Program-made: the position numbers and the translations under genes | Source of the DNA: a candidate division FCPU426 bacterium | GTDB taxonomy: Bacteria > Oederibacteriota > PGYV01 > Palsa-1178 | Direction of reading: 5' to 3' | Assembly (NCBI GenBank): GCA_963840035.1 | Contig: CAWIXE010000001.1 | Span: 1,056,001 to 1,120,000, forward strand | Length of the DNA: 64,000 nucleotides | In this document: positions 60,401 through 64,000 of the stretch, piece after piece | Numbering within the stretch: the stretch's first letter is position 1 | Layout: every line of letters begins with the position of its first letter | The notes under the pieces: generated by a model | Seen by the model: the letters and a program-made list of their open reading frames with translations, nothing else | Database searches by the model: none | Told to the model about the DNA's origin: nothing

Positions 60401-60571
60401 GCGCGTCACAGCCGCAGCATCAGTCATATTGACTGACGCGTCGGATGGCAGCCAGTTTTCAATGGCGTTACCGGATACTTTTGAAAAATCCGGGTTTAAG
60501 ACAAGGTTTTCGGCCTGTAAGGATGCAAAAGCAGTGAATAAAATAAGGCAAATCAATAAGTGTTTTCTCAT
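57428..60571 (-). CDS. Secreted clan GH-A (GH5-like) glycoside hydrolase with two N-terminal CBM4/9-like modules
   Basis: Signal peptide; NLVLNPDF and QLLNGGME module starts; FWGTNL, GVNMVRLHHMD, EIVNE (acid/base), HSYW, VSEWN (nucleophile). Confidence 0.75.
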   Translation of the reverse strand: MRKHLLICLILFTAFASLQAENLVLNPDFSKVSGNAIENWLPSDASVNMTDAAAVTRCVRLINGNNPRYLSLNQNIPIDSEKIRQVTVKASIKIDGVIRGKEDWEMARVMVLFFDKKGTQLGGWPELGRWKGSFDWSEKVNVINVPDGAAQLRLGLEMSNCSGEMDVKSISVEPGDNMEITREDDNQLLNGGMEFGSTLPFYWGGWVAGDSSFESPGYNSPTCFKITNSSYNYSMITQEITVDPKIKAVTISGYVKVSGVVQGTNAWEKARISVEFHDASGARVNNAWPPVTGESAGDLPEWTLWSNYYPVPDGTKTMVISAGLLNCTGSIWIDNLKVQGTDKNGKILKVLAPKTEDRSNWFAFEFEQDDFREGAVIDFTSSLDAPAGKHGFITVSGSGKTVFDDLTPAKFWGTNLVAGDVFRNHFETDKMVKRLAKLGVNMVRLHHMDAFWADPSVIDYSKENTRALSAESLEKLDYLIYKLKDAGIYVYMDLLVHRRPKAGDGVENYASIPAGFKEVIFIDDRLQALTKEYITALLTHENQYTKLKYTEEPAIVFMEIVNESTLFYADRNKDFPPAYKVKLDAMFNKFLLDKYKTMDALKQEWAKSGDSDLLSYEDFNNGTVAREKFKVNWEDLKTMFESNCLGRGADTKEFYYQTEYVFYHRMYDFIKSLGVKALVTGSNHWEPWDADIKVNASLDFVDRHSYWDHPSGGWTMQENISFKNLPMIKSKSNCVTELAHARVDKKPFTVSEWNSLIPNEYRAGAPVIMASYAALNGWDAFLQFNFSNFEWKNSLAHFADFSVWPDTLSNWLPAVMIFRNGYIKESPEKLVEYVSDDDIFFTKSSSYKLVNDDITAPLMMACSKTFDPAAQSKKYNPKLSRDAALSLTGELYWNFKKGIFQTVSDRIQGAIGFLGAEKSGVKFRNFRVKSTNEYASIFLVSLDGSPIAASSKLALNTTARMDNTGTKYSPTHTSLIYGGSSPILLEPVYSKCTIQVNRFKSVKIHTLDANNYIKAEYKNFSTPDKNTIVITTDEKSKALSYYIEIMR

Positions 60572-60654
60572 AGACCCTCCGTCAATGTGTTAATGCCGCT
60601 ATTAGTATAATGAGATTATACTACGAAGGTTGCGGTAATAAAAGACCGAAATAC

Positions 60655-60730
60655 AATCACAAATCCCAAATCACATATCCCAAATAAAAGCGCGGCTTCT
60701 TTTGGGATTTGTGATTTGGGATTTGTGATT
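60655..60730. repeat. Heptamer AATC(A/C)CA / TG(G/T)GATT inverted repeat
   Basis: AATCACAAATCCCAAATCACATATCCCAAA...TTTGGGATTTGTGATTTGGGATTTGTGATT. Confidence 0.8.
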
Positions 60731-60733
60731 GCC

Positions 60734-63340
60734 TTAAACCTCCGGAAAAATCATTATAAAAGTAGTGCCTTTTCCTTTGCCTTCTGACTCCGCCCATACA
60801 GCTCCGTTATGCAGCTCAACTATGTTTTTTACGATGTTCAGCCCCAGCCCCGTGCCCTGTACCGCGCGCGTATTAATGTTTTCCACCTGGTAGAATCTGT
60901 CAAAAACCCTGGCCAGTTTGTCTGCTTCAAGGCCCGGGCCGTGATCTGTAATGATAATGGCCGCAAAGCGGCCGTCCTTTAGCACGCCTTTGTTGGCATA
61001 TTCAGGAATCTTTATTTCGCCAAGGCTCATCATTTTCATCCGGATTTCGATGGATGAATTCATGGGTGAAAATTTAATTGCGTTGTTAATAAGGTTTATA
61101 ACAGCCTGTGAAACGCGGTAATCATCCGCGCTTATAACGAATGTTTCCGAAGCGCTCTTGTTGGTAATTATTATATTTTTTTTCTGTGAAAGGGACCGGA
61201 CATCCTTGACCGAGGAGTTTATTACGTCCGTAAGGTTGCAGTTCTTTTTTTCGATTGAAAAGCTTCCGGCTTCCATTTTTGCCGTGTCCAGGAGGTCGTT
61301 TATCAGATTAAGCAGCCTGTCGGAATTATTTTTAATAATTTCGAGAAACTCTTTCTGCTGCGCGGAAACCGGGCCGCCGACGCCGCTTAACAGAAAGGAA
61401 AGGAAGCCTTTTATGGAAGTGAGCGGGGTGCGAAGTTCATGCGATACCATGGAAGTGAAATTTGTTTTCAGTATCTCAAGTTCCTTGAGCTTCTCATAGC
61501 TTTCCTTGAGCTCCTGCTGCGCTTTTTTCTCTTCAGTGATATCCTCCTTAACTGCAATAAAACTGATGATGTCGCCGTTATCGTTCTTAATGGGGGAAAT
61601 GGAGGCGGATTCCCAGAAAAGTTCGCCGTTCTTTTTTTTGTTATGGAACTCGCCATGCCACTCGCGGCCTGATAGTATCGTGGCCCACAGCTCCGCATAG
61701 CGTTCTTTCGGCCAATCGCCGGATTTTAACATGCGCGGGTTTTCGCCGAGCGCTTCCTCGCGGGTATAACCCGTGACGTCGCAGAATTTCGGGTTTACAT
61801 ATGTGATGTTTCCGGCCGTGTCTGTTATCACTATGGAGGCGGGGCTTTGTTCTATGCCGGTGGATAATTTTGCCAGCTGTTCCTGTATTTCCCTGGTGTC
61901 AGTTATATCCTCGCCCGCGCAGATTAAGCCGACGGGTTTGCCGCTGTCGTCGGAGAGGACGGTATTTGTCCACTTAATATCACGCAGGTACATGTTGCGC
62001 GTATATATTGAATTTTCATAATACGCTGTTATCTCCGGGCCTGATTCCATGAGGTTCTGAAGGAATTTCACGGAATCACCGCGCAGGTATTCGGGTATAA
62101 AAATCCCGGGCCAGAATTTGCCTGCTACTTCCTGCTCAATGAAACCCGTTACGTCAAGGGCCTTTTTGTTCATAAGCACGGTGTTTAAGTCCCTGTCCAG
62201 CACGATTATGAAGATGTTCGCTATATTAAGGTATTTTTTCACCATATCGCGTTCGGTTATCAGTTCAGTCTCGATCTTTTTTAGCGCGCTGATGTCGCTG
62301 GCGACGCATACGATCCCGCGCATTTCCCCGCTTTCCTTTATTACGGACGCGGATACAAGGCAGGGCAGAGGCTCGCCTGAACCGCGCTTAAGCAGTATTT
62401 CTTTTTTGCTGTAAGACTCTTTTTTTATGACTTCCACCAGGAATGGCTTGAAGGCTGCGCCGTCAAAAAAATAATCGGAAAATCGTGTATTCAACAATTT
62501 CTGGCTTTTTTTGTTCAAAAGCAGGGAGGCGGCATTGTTGACATATTTAATTGACAGGTCTTCACCAAGCAGGAAGAGAGCCTCTGACATGCTCGAAATA
62601 ATAGTATCGGCGGCCATGACCGGAGTGATAGAAAAAAGGCGGTGCTTTACAATGGCGTAATAGGAGCCGACGCCCCAGATGGCTATATAAATATTTGATA
62701 TGTCTGTAAGTGGCGTATCCCAGCCGGGCAGTTTGAACAAAGGGACAAGCACCTGGAAATAGGAACCAAGAAGAAGCGGAGCCAGTGTAGAAAAGGCAAG
62801 GATAATAAGCTGTTTTTTTGTGTTTTGAAGTTCGGTGCGCGCGGCAGTAAACAGGAACAAAGCAATGCTGAACGATGAAATACCTATGTAATAAACATAA
62901 TAAACATATGTCCAAATTGAATCCATATGCCATGAGGTATGCCAGCCGTAACTCCTTTTTTCCGGAAGATGCATGAGAAAACCGCTCCAGTGTAGTGTGA
63001 TAAAGAGCAGCGGAAAGAAAATTATGGCGGCGTAAAAAAGTTTGTTTTGAGTCAATTTGGTTTTATTAGCGAGCAGAAGGCTGAACCAGAGCGAAATTGC
63101 CGGATATGAGCACCAGGCTATGGCGTCTATTTTATCAAATAAAATGGCAAGGTTCTCCGGAGTATCAGGGTTATGAAGGTATATTTTGCCGAAACTCCAG
63201 AGGGCAAATGAGGCATACAGCCCAAGACTGGTTTTGTTAAGGGTGGTGCTTATTCCGCGGCTTAAAATAAGCACCATTATAGAGGCATATAACATGAATG
63301 CGAATAAATGTATTACAGACATTGGCGGGAACCAGCTCAT
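60734..63340 (-). CDS. Histidine kinase with 7TM N-terminus and 3 PAS domains
   Basis: Seven TM helices, PAS units, SHELRTPL, GTGLGL; RBS AAGGAG. Confidence 0.9.
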   Translation of the reverse strand: MSWFPPMSVIHLFAFMLYASIMVLILSRGISTTLNKTSLGLYASFALWSFGKIYLHNPDTPENLAILFDKIDAIAWCSYPAISLWFSLLLANKTKLTQNKLFYAAIIFFPLLFITLHWSGFLMHLPEKRSYGWHTSWHMDSIWTYVYYVYYIGISSFSIALFLFTAARTELQNTKKQLIILAFSTLAPLLLGSYFQVLVPLFKLPGWDTPLTDISNIYIAIWGVGSYYAIVKHRLFSITPVMAADTIISSMSEALFLLGEDLSIKYVNNAASLLLNKKSQKLLNTRFSDYFFDGAAFKPFLVEVIKKESYSKKEILLKRGSGEPLPCLVSASVIKESGEMRGIVCVASDISALKKIETELITERDMVKKYLNIANIFIIVLDRDLNTVLMNKKALDVTGFIEQEVAGKFWPGIFIPEYLRGDSVKFLQNLMESGPEITAYYENSIYTRNMYLRDIKWTNTVLSDDSGKPVGLICAGEDITDTREIQEQLAKLSTGIEQSPASIVITDTAGNITYVNPKFCDVTGYTREEALGENPRMLKSGDWPKERYAELWATILSGREWHGEFHNKKKNGELFWESASISPIKNDNGDIISFIAVKEDITEEKKAQQELKESYEKLKELEILKTNFTSMVSHELRTPLTSIKGFLSFLLSGVGGPVSAQQKEFLEIIKNNSDRLLNLINDLLDTAKMEAGSFSIEKKNCNLTDVINSSVKDVRSLSQKKNIIITNKSASETFVISADDYRVSQAVINLINNAIKFSPMNSSIEIRMKMMSLGEIKIPEYANKGVLKDGRFAAIIITDHGPGLEADKLARVFDRFYQVENINTRAVQGTGLGLNIVKNIVELHNGAVWAESEGKGKGTTFIMIFPEV

Positions 63341-63422
63341 CGGCGCTCCTTGTTTGTGATAAACCCTATATACTATTATAGTTTTTTAAAGGCGTAAAGT
63401 CAAGGAGCACAGGCTGGGAGCA

Positions 63423-63652
63423 CAGGCCCGGGGTTATTGTATGTAATAGTGTGTAAATTCATATTTAACCGCATATATTGGCTTATTATACTTATTAAAT
63501 TTTCATCCCCCCTCTCCTCTTAGGAGAGGGGCTGGGGTGAGGTGAACCCGATTGTCTTATTTCCCTCACCCTGCCATCTCCCAAATGGGAGAGGGATAAA
63601 GGAACAAATCAATTTACACACAACTAAATACCGTATCAGGCCCGGGGGTTGC
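63423..63652. repeat. MITE-like nested element: CCCTCTCC..GGAGAGGG hairpin pair inside GTGTGTAAATT inverted repeats
   Basis: GTGTGTAAATT ... AATTTACACAC; CCCCTCTCCTCTTAGGAGAGGGG.TGGGGTGAGG...CCCTCACCC..TCTCCCAAATGGGAGA; flanking CAGGCCCGGGG direct repeats. Confidence 0.55.
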
Positions 63653-63677
63653 TTTATCTTATAGGCTGGAGTATAAT
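63649..63677 (+). promoter_or_regulatory. Putative sigma70 promoter
   Basis: TTGCTT-N17-TATAAT. Confidence 0.55.
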
Positions 63678-63706
63678 CATTTTAAATCATCATAAGGGGT
63701 GAAAAT

Positions 63707-64000
63707 TTGAAGAAAAAAATGGAGAAGCCTGCCTTAAAAAGTAAGGCTGCTTCACGCCGCCGGCCGTGGTCCAAAGAGGAAAAATACCGCGATATTGTCG
63801 AAAATTCAAGCATAATCATCCTGGACATGGATACTTCCGGCAGGGTTACATATTTCAGCCGCTACAGCAGGGAGTTTTTCGGGTTTTCAGCCTCTGAAAT
63901 AATCGGAAAAAATGTCATGGGGACCATAGTGCCATACCGGGATTCATACGGAAAAGACCTTTCAGAGCTCATGAAAAGTTTAAGCCTGTTTCCGGACAGG
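63707..64000 (+). CDS. PAS domain protein, 3'-truncated
   Basis: EEKYRDIVENSSIIILDMDTSGRVTYFS...FFGFS..EIIGKNV; open to the window end; RBS AAGGGG. Confidence 0.8.
   Translation, partial: MKKKMEKPALKSKAASRRRPWSKEEKYRDIVENSSIIILDMDTSGRVTYFSRYSREFFGFSASEIIGKNVMGTIVPYRDSYGKDLSELMKSLSLFPDR

Overview
A 64-kb chromosomal window from a diderm bacterium (OmpA and PorV-like outer-membrane proteins, about 45-50% GC by eye). The secreted-protein style (DUF11 + T-x-T-x stalk + FlgD/T9SS-like C-terminal domain) suggests Ca. Goldbacteria or a related uncultured lineage; this is an inference. Contents: (i) giant secreted carbohydrate-active proteins, namely a multi-DUF11/CBM3-like protein, two tandem GH8 paralogs, an SBBP-propeller protein next to two PorV/PorQ-like barrels, an SGNH esterase and a GH5-like enzyme; (ii) housekeeping genes htpX, rsmB, tRNA-Leu(CAG), ribD-ribE-yaaR-like-ribBA and rpsO-pnp; (iii) a dense two-component/PAS signalling cluster and a DUF4388 operon; (iv) a compact sigma54 module (TPR-bEBP, GTTAAC array, -24/-12 promoter, 61-aa gene); (v) intergenic DNA full of GTAG-type REP palindromes, nested hairpins and heptamer inverted repeats. 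Five single-base frameshifts, four in homopolymers, are probably long-read assembly errors. Most notable: a T9SS-like cell-surface polysaccharide-degrading system in which carbohydrate-binding modules are inserted into the same loop of DUF11 Ig-like domains; a synonymously diverged duplicate of the ribE 3' end; a promoter-driven structured RNA inside a REP array; and the sigma54 module. No CRISPR array, rRNA, integrase or transposase was seen. All family assignments come from motif recognition, not database searches.
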